Positions 1-9,103 of a stretch of DNA of 64,000 nt are shown here, piece by piece. Under the pieces are notes generated by a model, which searched no databases, was not told where the DNA came from, and saw only the letters and a list, made by a program, of their open reading frames with translations. Positions within the stretch are counted from its first letter, which is position 1. Every line of letters begins with the position of its first letter. Position numbers and translations under genes: made by a program. The stretch is taken from NCBI GenBank assembly GCA_937949615.1, contig CALEDQ010000008.1:827556-891555 (forward strand). The letters run 5' to 3'. Origin of the DNA: an uncultured bacterium (GTDB lineage Bacteria; Muiribacteriota; Ozemobacteria; Ozemobacterales; Ozemobacteraceae).

Positions 1-463
1 CCTGCTGCAGACGGCTGGCGGTTTCGTGGTTTAACGGGTAAACTACCTTGAACAGAGCGGTTCTGGCGGGGGGGTTCTCAGGCATCAGCTTGCCAAGAAT
101 CACGATAAAAATGGCAAACAGACCGGCAGCACCGGTTGCAATGGTGTAATAACCGCTACCGCAGGTCATTCCGATCGCAATCGACATAAAAAGCCAGGCC
201 AGATCAACAGTACTTTTAACGGCAGTGCGAAAGCGAATCAGACTGAGAGCTCCGATAGCGCCGAAGGCGCGCGCCAGGCTGTTGCCGATAACGGCCATGA
301 TCAGGCTGACGACCGCACCGAGCAGAATCATCGTTCTTGCCATGGTTCGGTCGCTGGTCGGGTCTGCCGGGCTACAGGCCTTGACAATGCGGCTCAGTAT
401 CGCACAGAGAATGAATGCCAGGCCCATGCCCATGAAAACATCATAAGCATTGAGGTCGATCAT
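1..463 (-). CDS. Membrane protein, DUF4956-like (partial; C-terminus lies beyond the window edge)
   Basis: Reverse-strand translation from the ATG at 463 gives MIDLNAYDVFMGMGLAFILCAILSRIV...GALSLIRFRTAVKSTVDLAWLFMSIAIGM... This is a hydrophobic multi-TM protein. The LSLIRFRT block is reminiscent of the DUF4956 family. The gene runs off the window at position 1. The plus-strand ORF at 225-446 is antisense to it. Confidence 0.5.
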   Translation of the reverse strand, partial: MIDLNAYDVFMGMGLAFILCAILSRIVKACSPADPTSDRTMARTMILLGAVVSLIMAVIGNSLARAFGAIGALSLIRFRTAVKSTVDLAWLFMSIAIGMTCGSGYYTIATGAAGLFAIFIVILGKLMPENPPARTALFKVVYPLNHETASRLQQ

Positions 464-659
464 CTTCAAAAGCGGGGGAGAAAAGGAATTCTCATTCACC
501 GGCAGTCACCTCCCGGCAGTTTCATCTGCCTTCTGCGATTATTGAATTCTGAATAAACAAAGTAAAACCTGTTCGTCAACCCGGTCTGTCAGTCGGGTTG
601 CCATTATGATTACTCCATTACCCCGATCTAGTCAATATCAAACCACAATCATACATGCC

Positions 660-696
660 TGAAAAGCAAAACCGCAGCCCATGTCTGAGCTGCGGC
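660..696 (-). terminator. Rho-independent terminator candidate downstream of the fmdB-like gene
   Basis: Stem ccgcagc (672-678) pairs with gctgcgg (689-695) around a 10-nt loop. On the minus strand it is followed by a T-rich tract, the reverse complement of gaaaagcaaa at 661-670. It sits 23 nt past the stop of the 719-1090 gene. Confidence 0.5.
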
Positions 697-718
697 AGGG
701 TTATGTTCTAAGGAATAT

Positions 719-1090
719 TTAAGCGGCCTGAGCGACAGGGGTGGCAGGTGCAGCGGCCGGTTTGGAAGTAGAAGCAGGCTCTGATTTGGTGGCTGGAGCG
801 GCAGTCGCATCGCTTTTGGCGGGCTCAGCAGCCGGGGTGGCGGCTGTTTCAGTTTTGGCCGGGGCGGCTGTGCCGGTGCTGCCATCCTTCTTTTTGGCTT
901 CGATATAGCCTGAATCACGGTAATCAGTCGAATAAAAACCAGAGCCCTTGAAAATGATCGAACTGGCAGAAAGAAGTTTGGTTCCGGCAGCACCGCATTC
1001 GGGGCAGTGCTGTGGATCGGTGCACATCATTGAATGAAAGGCATCAAAAATCTTCTCACATTTTGTGCAGCGATAATTATAGGTTGGCAT
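719..1090 (-). CDS. FmdB-family zinc-ribbon protein with a long Ala/Pro/Thr-rich C-terminal tail
   Basis: The N-terminus MPTYNYRCTKCEKIFDAFHSMMCTDPQHCPECGAAG has the paired CxxC...CPxCG motif typical of FmdB/putative regulatory zinc ribbons. An AGGAGG Shine-Dalgarno sits 7 nt upstream of the ATG. The tail is low-complexity (TAAPAKTETAATPAAEPAKSDATAAPATKSEPAST...). Confidence 0.75.
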   Translation of the reverse strand: MPTYNYRCTKCEKIFDAFHSMMCTDPQHCPECGAAGTKLLSASSIIFKGSGFYSTDYRDSGYIEAKKKDGSTGTAAPAKTETAATPAAEPAKSDATAAPATKSEPASTSKPAAAPATPVAQAA

Positions 1091-1155
1091 TAACCTTTCC
1101 TCCTGTGATGATTAACAGCGGTTAGCACTCTTCAGTTTCGAGTGCTAATAATCTA

Positions 1156-2937
1156 TCATAAGCCCGCAGCTTGTTCAAGAAAATTATCAAATTCACAAAG
1201 CAGCCAGGCATAGTCGTCAACGAGACCATAGCATCTGCAGACCGCTTCATTGAGCCGGGAAAAAACTTCGCCATACTCTGGTGAAGCATGTGAAAGCTTC
1301 TGCAGCTTTCCGGCACAGTCGGCAACCAGAGCAAACAGCCTTTTGTTAAACGGCGGCAGAGGAACCTGCCTGACTTGTGTCACCGTTACATGAAAGCTGT
1401 GAAATCTGCCACTGAACCAGGCATTGACCGGCAAGCTGTTCAACAGACCAAGAAGAAACATTTCCGGGTAATCAGCCGATTCTGAAACAATAAATGAAAG
1501 CGAGTTCTTGGGGTAATAGCTCTCGGTGTCATAAGCCGCGACCAGGCGCGTCTTCAGTTTCTCATTGCGGATATTCTGATACAGAAGCTTGCTGCCGGCC
1601 CAGATTTTTTCGTCGCCGGCGTAGGCAAGATGCGGGCCAAAATCGATAAAAAAACCTTCCCAGTTGATTTTGAAAGGCGCCAGCTCACGCCCTTTGAGAA
1701 CCGGGCGATAATTATCTGCCAGTCGCGAATCACTTACAAACCTTGAGACCCGGTCGGTACGCTGCAACGATTCCTGAATACCGACGCCAATCTTCGCGAT
1801 GCTGCCAAGACAAATCCCTGAAGCCTGCATTTTTTCGAAAGCTGTTTTGAGATCTGAAGACACCAGCGACTGTCGCAGCCCGTTACCAGAGACAAAAGAG
1901 TCTGAGTGGGCCTTATAAGCTTCCGACCAGCCGCCACCTTCTGAATAACCAGAATTGACCATTACCAAATATGACGGTATCGATTCTTTACCTTTTTCAA
2001 CAAACGCCACCACCGGCAAGACACCGGGAGCTGCCGGGAAAAATCTTGCCGGCAGAAGGTTGATGGCGGTTACCCTGTTTTTTTCGAATAACAGCTGCCT
2101 GATCTTCCGGCATTGATGGTTTACCAGCCAGGTATGCGAAGTCAGCATGATCATCTGTCCGTCGTCTGATAAAACGTGCAAGCCGGCTTCAAGAAAGAAG
2201 GTGTAGAGATCTTTCTCGCCTTCGCCTGTCTCATAAAGCTCGTCCAGACGATTTTTATAATCTTCATTCAGATTGACGCGGTACGGCGGGTTGCCAATTA
2301 CCAGGTCAAATCTGGTTTCTGGAGGCTGCATGAGAAAATCACGCTGTTCGAGAACCGGCCAGCCACAGTTGGGAAAAGCGCACAACAGACGGGTCAGACA
2401 GATAAACAATGCCTGCTGATCGATATCGTAACCATGCAGATTTGCAAGAAAGTCGCCTGAATTCACGCCGGCAATTCTTCGGGCATAAACTCGGCCTTTC
2501 GGCCCTTCGACTCCTTCGGACTGACAGGATTGACTCAACACTTCGGCCACCGCCATCAGAAAACTGCCATCGCCGCAGGCAGGGTCGAGTATAAGAGCGT
2601 CTTTGCCCAAAGGGTGCGACAACCCGGCAAGACGCGCCGCAAGCGATTCGGGCGTATAAAACTGACCGGTGCTGCGCTTGCGTTTCTTTTCACGCCGCTC
2701 AAGATCAGGAACTTCGCCTTCACCCGCCTGTTTAAGAACAATTTCACAATCCATTAAGGAAGTGAAGGTTTCGGTCAGATGAACGGGGGCGCCCAATTCC
2801 CGCAGAGTATCTGCGGGATGCCCGGTCGGACGGACGGAAAAACAGTCGGCAATCTTCTCGTTGAACCAGGCGAACAGCGATTTGGGTTCAGATCGATCTG
2901 ATGGATTTTTCATTATAAAATCAACCGTTATAAACAT
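1156..2937 (-). CDS. Gamma-class N6-adenine DNA methyltransferase (Eco57I/TaqI-like), apparently orphan
   Basis: The protein carries motif X (TGQFYTPESLA), motif I (LDPACGDGSFL) and motif IV (IGNPPYRV), the hallmark order of gamma-class N6A methyltransferases. It has a ~250-aa C-terminal region consistent with a target-recognition domain. No restriction endonuclease gene is adjacent. An alternative start at M9 (coordinate 2913) is possible. Confidence 0.85.
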   Translation of the reverse strand: MFITVDFIMKNPSDRSEPKSLFAWFNEKIADCFSVRPTGHPADTLRELGAPVHLTETFTSLMDCEIVLKQAGEGEVPDLERREKKRKRSTGQFYTPESLAARLAGLSHPLGKDALILDPACGDGSFLMAVAEVLSQSCQSEGVEGPKGRVYARRIAGVNSGDFLANLHGYDIDQQALFICLTRLLCAFPNCGWPVLEQRDFLMQPPETRFDLVIGNPPYRVNLNEDYKNRLDELYETGEGEKDLYTFFLEAGLHVLSDDGQMIMLTSHTWLVNHQCRKIRQLLFEKNRVTAINLLPARFFPAAPGVLPVVAFVEKGKESIPSYLVMVNSGYSEGGGWSEAYKAHSDSFVSGNGLRQSLVSSDLKTAFEKMQASGICLGSIAKIGVGIQESLQRTDRVSRFVSDSRLADNYRPVLKGRELAPFKINWEGFFIDFGPHLAYAGDEKIWAGSKLLYQNIRNEKLKTRLVAAYDTESYYPKNSLSFIVSESADYPEMFLLGLLNSLPVNAWFSGRFHSFHVTVTQVRQVPLPPFNKRLFALVADCAGKLQKLSHASPEYGEVFSRLNEAVCRCYGLVDDYAWLLCEFDNFLEQAAGL

Positions 2938-2961
2938 CGGGGTTCAACATGTTGAACCCCG
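2938..2961. repeat. Perfect 24-bp palindrome CGGGGTTCAACATGTTGAACCCCG immediately 5' of the methyltransferase start codon
   Basis: Read directly from the sequence as ggttcaacatgttgaacccc flanked by cg..cg. It lies 37 nt downstream of the wzz-like stop and abuts the ATG at 2937 on the minus strand. It could be an operator, an RNA hairpin or a terminator. Confidence 0.9.
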
Positions 2962-2997
2962 ACAGAAATAAAACCAACAAATATTAACCAGTTTTAA

Positions 2998-4221
2998 TCA
3001 GCTCGCGGCAGCGGTCTTTGCTTCCTGCTCTTTGCGGCGGCGGATGAATTCGATCAGAAAAGCGGCGAAGACACCGAGCACACCAGCACTTAGACCAGCC
3101 AGAATAACCATGATCGAGCGGCGGGGTTTCGATTTGACTTCGGGAGCCCGCGCCCGGTCGACCACTTCGAACTGACTGCCTTCTTCTGCCTCAGCAATTT
3201 TAGCCATTTCATACTGCTCGGTCAGAACGCCGAAAATCTTCGTCTTGACGCTGAGATTGCGCTGCAAACGGGCAAATTCGAGGGCCAGTTCGGGCAGAAC
3301 GCCGATCTCCTTCTCGACCAGAGCGATTTCCTTGTCGAGAGCCGAAATTTTGGCTTCTTCGGCCACCTTCTGTGCTTCGACCTTAACCAGCTCAGGAACA
3401 CTGCCCGAAGATTTGAGCAGACTTTCCTGCATCTGCAGAGACACGCCGGCGGCGATCTTCTGAGATTCAAGACCTGCAAGCTTTTCGATTACTGCTGAAG
3501 CCTGCTTTTCAAGAGTAAACATTTTGTGTTTGTCCTGAAAAACCTTGAAGTCGTTTTCAGCGGCCGCCAGTTCTTTGCTGACGATTTCAAGCTGTCGTTC
3601 TATGAACAGGCGCTTTTCTTTCTGCGGGCCGCGGGTAAAGCCACTCAGATATTCAATATAGGCACTGGCGATTTCAGCCGACACTTCTGGCGACATTGTC
3701 TCAGCAGTAATCGTAATCAGGCCTTCCTTGTCTTTATCGACCGAAACAATCTTTGAGACAGTCTTGACCACATCATCATATTTGATTTTATCCGGGGTCG
3801 GCGGGTTATCACCAACGATCGCCGGGTTGGTAGCGATACCAAACCTGGCAATGATTCGATCGCTCATGGTGCGGCTTTTCAGATAAACCATCAGATATTC
3901 AGCCCCACCGCCGCCAAGTCCAGGTATCATGCCTGCAAACGGGAGACTGCTCAAAGCACTCAGTTTACCACTTGAGTGAACGAAAATAGTTGCACTGGCC
4001 TTGAAATGGTTTGGCAGCGTCAGGCTGTAGACAGCTGTAACGACAGCCACAATCAGAGGCATCAGAACAACCAGTTTCCAGTGCTTGAGCAGAACCCTGA
4101 ACAGCTCGAAAAGGTCAATTTCGTCTTCTTCGAGACCCATAAGAATCTCGCGTTTGAGAAGTTCTTCTTTAACCTCTTTCTTCAGCTGTTCAGGATTGAT
4201 GTCGTTGAATTTTTCTGTCAT
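2998..4221 (-). CDS. Polysaccharide chain-length determinant (Wzz/GumC-like, PCP family without kinase domain)
   Basis: The N-terminal Wzz signature is EIDLFELFRVLLKHWKLVVLMPLIVAVVTAVYSLTLPNHFKASATIFV, with TM1. It is followed by a long periplasmic coiled-coil region and a C-terminal TM2 (IMVILAGLSAGVLGVFAAFLIEF). The start codon sits 3 nt after the stop of the upstream gene, indicating translational coupling. Confidence 0.8.
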   Translation of the reverse strand: MTEKFNDINPEQLKKEVKEELLKREILMGLEEDEIDLFELFRVLLKHWKLVVLMPLIVAVVTAVYSLTLPNHFKASATIFVHSSGKLSALSSLPFAGMIPGLGGGGAEYLMVYLKSRTMSDRIIARFGIATNPAIVGDNPPTPDKIKYDDVVKTVSKIVSVDKDKEGLITITAETMSPEVSAEIASAYIEYLSGFTRGPQKEKRLFIERQLEIVSKELAAAENDFKVFQDKHKMFTLEKQASAVIEKLAGLESQKIAAGVSLQMQESLLKSSGSVPELVKVEAQKVAEEAKISALDKEIALVEKEIGVLPELALEFARLQRNLSVKTKIFGVLTEQYEMAKIAEAEEGSQFEVVDRARAPEVKSKPRRSIMVILAGLSAGVLGVFAAFLIEFIRRRKEQEAKTAAAS

Positions 4222-4224
4222 GGT

Positions 4225-5346
4225 TTATTCTTCGATGATTTCAACGTTGGCGCGCGGCAGAACGAATTTTTCACCAGAAGCGGTCTGAATCTCGACAACG
4301 CGCACTTTCGCTTCAGAAGGAATGATAACCGGTTTTTCGGGAAGTGAAACGACTTTGGCAACTTCGCCAAAATGCGGCTGTCTGATGATACGCACGTTGC
4401 TGCCAATAGTCATGCCGGTATTCGGAGCGTGCTTCTGTTCGTTGATGTCAGCAACTTCGATCGGAATGACAACTTCGGGCCTGATAACGCCGGCACGAAT
4501 CTGTGTGGCGCCGTTAATCGAGGCTTTGCGGCCTTCGGCGTTTTTCAGCAGATCGAAGGTTTTCTTCGCCATATTGATCTGGCCAAAACCTTCGGTGACG
4601 ACGAGGGTGATGCCCTTGTCTTCGGTGCCGGTGATGGCAACGCCAAGGTCGTAGCCGAGGAATTCCTTGAGGTCGTGCGCATCATAACCACCGACGATGA
4701 CGCCCTTGACGCCGACTTCGACGGCCCGGGTCAGCGCGGCAGCGGTTACCAGCGAGCCACCGACCACGATTTTCCCTTTGTGCTCGATCTTGATGCTGTC
4801 TTTGTCGAGAACGTCAGATGGTGATTTTGCCGCCATTACCAGATTGCCGATCACTTCGCCGCCGATACCGAAAATGCCCTGAATGAAAGAGGCAACGGTG
4901 TTGACCTTTACCCCTTCTTCGGCGTAGACATCGTCAACGATACCGTCAACGTAGGCATGCACTTCTACCGGAATCGGCGGCTCGCGCAGAATCGCCTGAC
5001 CGGTTACAGTCGACAGGCTTTCGATGGTGCCTTTGATCGGTGAGCGCACGTAGGTTTTGAAAAAGCCGAAGAAACCCTGGGTTTCGGCGAGAACATCGTC
5101 TTTTTCAATTGCGTCGCCTTCTTTTTTAACAAGAAAGTCGGTGATTTCGCGGGCTTCACAGCCCAGCAGATTGGCGACATTCAGCGGGTAAACGTTGCCG
5201 GGCAGGTCTGTCGATGCGACGACCGTTTCAGCAGTAACTTTATCACCTTTTTTTACGAGAACCTGGCCTTTGAGAGGCAGTTTGCGTTCTTTTTCGACCA
5301 GAGTTTTAGCTACAATCTTGAGACCTGGGGTATATGCACTAGCCAT
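4225..5346 (-). CDS. Hypothetical protein (373 aa) co-transcribed with the ASKHA ATPase
   Basis: Long ORF with an AAGGA Shine-Dalgarno, 18 nt after the stop of the 604-aa gene. The product is Gly/Val-rich and soluble-looking (GIFGIGGEVIGNLVMAAK...GVKGVIVGGYDAHDLKEFLGYDLGVAITGTEDKGITLVVTEGFGQ). I recognise no family with confidence. Confidence 0.6.
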   Translation of the reverse strand: MASAYTPGLKIVAKTLVEKERKLPLKGQVLVKKGDKVTAETVVASTDLPGNVYPLNVANLLGCEAREITDFLVKKEGDAIEKDDVLAETQGFFGFFKTYVRSPIKGTIESLSTVTGQAILREPPIPVEVHAYVDGIVDDVYAEEGVKVNTVASFIQGIFGIGGEVIGNLVMAAKSPSDVLDKDSIKIEHKGKIVVGGSLVTAAALTRAVEVGVKGVIVGGYDAHDLKEFLGYDLGVAITGTEDKGITLVVTEGFGQINMAKKTFDLLKNAEGRKASINGATQIRAGVIRPEVVIPIEVADINEQKHAPNTGMTIGSNVRIIRQPHFGEVAKVVSLPEKPVIIPSEAKVRVVEIQTASGEKFVLPRANVEIIEE

Positions 5347-5364
5347 TGTTCAGTGTCCTTTCGC

Positions 5365-7179
5365 TCAGAGACCGGGATAAAGATCCATGGCTTTATACCA
5401 GGACTTCACCAGCTTAACGCGTTCAGCATTGTCTTTTGGCAGGGTGAACGGGCGACCGCGTGTATCGAAAATAAGACCGACAACGCCGCCGTGCACTTCT
5501 GATTCCATTTCACGGCCATCGCCATTGCCCATGTCAAAGCCCCATTTCGGTTTAACGAACAGCTTCGCGGTTTCACCGACTGCGAGTGGCACGACGTTCA
5601 GTTCGCCACCCTTGAGGGTTTTGCTGATCTTTTCGCCGTTGGCTTTGGTAAGAGTAAAATCGAGCACCGGCTCATCACGTTTCACATTACCGGTCGGGGC
5701 AACGCAGGTGCCGAGATAAATCAGGCAGTCGCGTTCGAAAACGCTGAGAGCGGCTTCTTCGTGAACCTTGGCAAGAACGCCGAGCTGCGGCATCATAAAG
5801 ATCGAGTCGACGGTCAGCTGGGTAATACCTTCGGGCAGGAAAGAGTCGATCAGCATCATCGCGGTCTGCTGTCTTCTCGGGGCATGCGAAAGAACGCCGC
5901 CCGAACCGATCAGCATATTGAGATCCTTGAGATTAACAAGGCTTTCACCGGTCATTGACTGGTCAAAAACGTCGCCGATGGTGCGTTCCTGCTGAATACC
6001 CTTCAGACCGACAGCAAGCGAGCGGTGCTGGTCGAATGAAAGGCGCAGAGCTTCGCGGGCGCAGGCCTGTTCGACCATCAGTTCTTCGATAAGCGAAGGA
6101 ATCGTGGTCGGGCGGATCATCTTGTTTTTGACGCGGTTGCGCAGATCTCTTTCGTCCATTTCGAAAGGAACCCAGCGCATGATGTTTTCGAGTCCGGCTT
6201 CAGCAAATACGTTGCTGATAGAATAGCTCATGCCGTAGTTGGCAGAAACCGATTTGTTATAAATGCCGCTGAAAACGCTGAAAACGTCAGTAGTGGCACC
6301 ACCGATGTCGGCACCGACAACCGTCAGGCCTTTGCGCTTTGAGATCAGCTGCATGATATCGCCTACTGCGCCAGGAGTCGGCATGATGTCTTCATCTGTG
6401 AGTTCCATAAGGTGCGGGTAACCCGGCGCATGGCTCATGACGTGCTCAAGAAACAGATGCTGAATCTTCTGACGGGTCGGCATCAGGTTTTCTTTTTCGA
6501 GAGTCGGTCTGAGGTTATCGGCGATGTCGAGAGCAACACGGTCCTGCAGGCGTTCTTTGATCAGCGACTGCGCATCTTTGTTGCCAGAATAAAGAACCGG
6601 CAGCTCGTAACCGGCGCCAAGGCGGGCCTTCGGGCTGGCAGCCGCAATGATTTCGGCCAGCTCGACGACGTGCGAAGTGGTACCGCCGTCAACGCCGCCC
6701 GAGAGCAGAATCATATCGGGGCGCAGATGTCTGATGCGCTGAATTTTCTGGTAGGGAAGTCGGCCATCATTGGTGGCCAGAACGTCCATGACGATGGCGC
6801 CAGCGCCAAGAGCTGCGCGGGTTGCCGATTCGCCTGACATGGTTTTGACAACGCCGGTGACCATCATCTGCAGACCGCCGCCAGCAGAGCTGGTCGACAC
6901 ATAAAGATCAACGCCCTTACCGTTGGTGACAGGCTTGATGATCGCTTTGCCGTCATCGGTCAGAATCTGCCGGCCGGCAAGTTCCTGAACCTCAGAAACA
7001 GCGTTGAGAACGCCCTGTGTAACGTCTTCAACCGGAGCTTCAACGGTGGTTGGGGCTTCGCCGCGCACGATCAGGCGGAAAACGCCGTCGCGCTTTTCAA
7101 TCAGAATCGCTTTGGTAGTCGTGCTACCGCAGTCCGTAGCCAGGATGCTTTGAATATCACCTTTGCTCACGAGATTCAC
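5365..7179 (-). CDS. Actin-like ATPase of the ASKHA superfamily (GlmL/MutL- or ParM-like phosphate motifs), 604 aa
   Basis: The N-terminus carries a phosphate-1 motif ILATDCGSTTTKAILIE (DxGST..K). Later there is GADIGGATTDVFSVF (DIGGxTTD, the phosphate-2/adenosine motif of the FtsA/MreB/ParM/GlmL type). The start codon is GTG, preceded by AAGGAAG. Confidence 0.7.
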   Translation of the reverse strand: MNLVSKGDIQSILATDCGSTTTKAILIEKRDGVFRLIVRGEAPTTVEAPVEDVTQGVLNAVSEVQELAGRQILTDDGKAIIKPVTNGKGVDLYVSTSSAGGGLQMMVTGVVKTMSGESATRAALGAGAIVMDVLATNDGRLPYQKIQRIRHLRPDMILLSGGVDGGTTSHVVELAEIIAAASPKARLGAGYELPVLYSGNKDAQSLIKERLQDRVALDIADNLRPTLEKENLMPTRQKIQHLFLEHVMSHAPGYPHLMELTDEDIMPTPGAVGDIMQLISKRKGLTVVGADIGGATTDVFSVFSGIYNKSVSANYGMSYSISNVFAEAGLENIMRWVPFEMDERDLRNRVKNKMIRPTTIPSLIEELMVEQACAREALRLSFDQHRSLAVGLKGIQQERTIGDVFDQSMTGESLVNLKDLNMLIGSGGVLSHAPRRQQTAMMLIDSFLPEGITQLTVDSIFMMPQLGVLAKVHEEAALSVFERDCLIYLGTCVAPTGNVKRDEPVLDFTLTKANGEKISKTLKGGELNVVPLAVGETAKLFVKPKWGFDMGNGDGREMESEVHGGVVGLIFDTRGRPFTLPKDNAERVKLVKSWYKAMDLYPGL

Positions 7180-7504
7180 CTTCCTTAACTTCCTTTTTAG
7201 ACTTTTCCAGGTCTTCGATGCGCTCGATCAGGTTCTCGATGCGATTGCGATCGCCGATGAGAGCCTGCAGCTTTTCTGTCTTGACCGGGTCAAAAATCAG
7301 TTCGAGAATCGGCCCGAAAATGACCAGACTGCTGTAGCCAACAAACGACAGCGGTTTGACCATTTCGAGCGCCATAATTACCGGAACACTCATACGACGG
7401 CTGTGAACAGCTTCGGCCAGAACCCTGACGAATTCGTCGAGTTCTTCAGGCGAAAACTTCGACTGCTCGGGGTCTTTCGGAATCGTCCACATGCCCATCG
7501 TCAA
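7157..7504 (-). CDS. Hypothetical small protein (about 113-115 aa)
   Basis: ORF with an AGGAG Shine-Dalgarno. The start is either the TTG at 7504 or the ATG at 7498. It overlaps the start of the ATPase gene by 23 nt, consistent with an operon. The C-terminus is charged and helical (ENLIERIEDLEKSKKEVKEGE). Confidence 0.55.
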   Translation of the reverse strand: MTMGMWTIPKDPEQSKFSPEELDEFVRVLAEAVHSRRMSVPVIMALEMVKPLSFVGYSSLVIFGPILELIFDPVKTEKLQALIGDRNRIENLIERIEDLEKSKKEVKEGESREQR

Positions 7505-7517
7505 AACATCTCCTGAA

Positions 7518-8177
7518 TCAGACTATATTGAGCCAGTCATGCAGCAGAAACTGGAAACGGCCGATCAGCAGAGAGATACGACCCATGACGGTGGCGCCGA
7601 AAGCGGCACCGAAGCTCAGCATCAGATACCAGATACCGACTCTGGCGACGTTGCCGTAAATCGGGCCACGATGTTCGGTGCTGAAAAAGAAGTAAAACAG
7701 ACAGGCAACCGAACCAACCACCAGAACCAGATTTGAGAAGCTCTGGAAGAAGTCGCCGGCAACAACGATCGGTCTGATCGCTTTGGCAATCTGCGGCATA
7801 AGATACTGCTGAACCGAATAAACGATACCCAGACCGGTCGATACGCCCATAACAAAGGCAACCGTAAAACGGCTGACCCATGAGTATGTAGCCGAGAACC
7901 TGAAAAGCATCAACAGACCCATGAAGCCCGGAATCAGCAGCATGTATTCAGGAGTGGCGGTCGCGGCAGCGCCGGTGGCGAACTGAGCCGGCATGATCTT
8001 CGCAAGCAGGTTCGGTTTGAGAACCTGGTGGAAAGAAATCAGTGAGAAGTAATAACCCGCCGAAACCCCGACGAAGAGATGTTCGGCAAAGCGGTAGAAA
8101 GGGTTGTCACGATAGAGAAAACTGAAGCAGCAAAGGGTGATGACGGCCCCCACCCATACTGAAAGCGTTAATGTCAT
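7518..8177 (-). CDS. Polytopic membrane protein, unknown function
   Basis: Strongly hydrophobic 219-aa product with about 6 predicted TM segments. A GGAGG Shine-Dalgarno sits 7 nt upstream. Confidence 0.7.
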   Translation of the reverse strand: MTLTLSVWVGAVITLCCFSFLYRDNPFYRFAEHLFVGVSAGYYFSLISFHQVLKPNLLAKIMPAQFATGAAATATPEYMLLIPGFMGLLMLFRFSATYSWVSRFTVAFVMGVSTGLGIVYSVQQYLMPQIAKAIRPIVVAGDFFQSFSNLVLVVGSVACLFYFFFSTEHRGPIYGNVARVGIWYLMLSFGAAFGATVMGRISLLIGRFQFLLHDWLNIV

Positions 8178-8191
8178 GGTTAGGTTCCTCC

Positions 8192-9091
8192 TCAGGCTTT
8201 CTTCTTGGCTTTTCTCTGTTCGGCGATAAACGCGATGTTACCGGCGATGATGAAAAGCATGATGATCAGGTGAGCAATCGACTGCGGAGCCATGCCCTCG
8301 CGGCCCTTGCCGAAGTATTCGATGAGTTTTTCGTATTCAGCAGCACCGGGCAGACCTCCGGTCATGCCGACCAGTTGGCCAGTCTGCAGATAAGTCACGA
8401 ATCTCGGAATATTGACCGAGGTGCAGCCTGCTGCCATCGGGCGTTTGTGTTCGCCGGCAACGCTGATGAAAGACTCGATACCACCAGTACCGGCGGTAAA
8501 GCTGACGATGATACCGACATCGGTCATGGCGAATTTGCGACCGTCAGGATTCATGAAGATCGGCATTTCTTTGGTAGAATTGCCGTCACGGTCCTGCGGA
8601 TACGGGCCCATGAAATCGCTGCACAAGGCTTTAACGTGAATGATTGCACCCGGCTTGTAACCAAGGTTTACATAGTCAACACCCTTTTCAACGGACGGTT
8701 TGCAGCCGGCAGCCAGTTTCCCGGCGCTTTTCATATTTTCGTAAGTAGACTTATAGATATCGGCAGCAGTAGAAAGAGCTGCTTCAGCCATTTCCCCTCC
8801 AAGAGGCCAGTTCCCGCCGCACAAAGGTTTCAGGTTCTTTCTGAACATGTGCGTCAGAATAGCGATGGCAGAAGGCCCGAGTTCGGGTTCAGATGCCGGA
8901 TCGAAATCGAATGAGAGAAAGCAGCGGGTGCCTTCTGGCAGCTGATCTACAAATTTATAGAGACCTTCGACACTCTTGCCGGGAAAAACGGGAAAGTCCA
9001 TTTTGAAGATCATCGGCAGCATTACTGAGAAGGCTACACACAGGAATACCCAGCGGCGATCGAGGTTTTTCAGTTTGATAAACAGTTCCAT
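8192..9091 (-). CDS. Membrane-anchored protein with N- and C-terminal TM helices and a central extracytoplasmic domain
   Basis: The N-terminal TM is RRWVFLCVAFSVMLPMIF and the C-terminal TM is IAHLIIMLFIIAGNIAFIA followed by a KAKKKA tail. A GGAGA Shine-Dalgarno is present. The gene is tightly packed, 12 nt from the upstream gene. Confidence 0.7.
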   Translation of the reverse strand: MELFIKLKNLDRRWVFLCVAFSVMLPMIFKMDFPVFPGKSVEGLYKFVDQLPEGTRCFLSFDFDPASEPELGPSAIAILTHMFRKNLKPLCGGNWPLGGEMAEAALSTAADIYKSTYENMKSAGKLAAGCKPSVEKGVDYVNLGYKPGAIIHVKALCSDFMGPYPQDRDGNSTKEMPIFMNPDGRKFAMTDVGIIVSFTAGTGGIESFISVAGEHKRPMAAGCTSVNIPRFVTYLQTGQLVGMTGGLPGAAEYEKLIEYFGKGREGMAPQSIAHLIIMLFIIAGNIAFIAEQRKAKKKA

Positions 9092-9103
9092 GATTGTGTC
9101 TCC

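Noticed and set aside
225-446. 73-aa plus-strand ORF
   Set aside because: It is antisense to the hydrophobic DUF4956-like gene running off the window start. It is an Arg/Ala-rich shadow ORF.
1156-2937. Methyltransferase as part of a complete restriction-modification or BREX system
   Set aside because: No endonuclease, HsdS/HsdR, PglZ or BrxC-like genes lie within 5 kb on either side. The neighbours are wzz and an FmdB zinc-ribbon gene.
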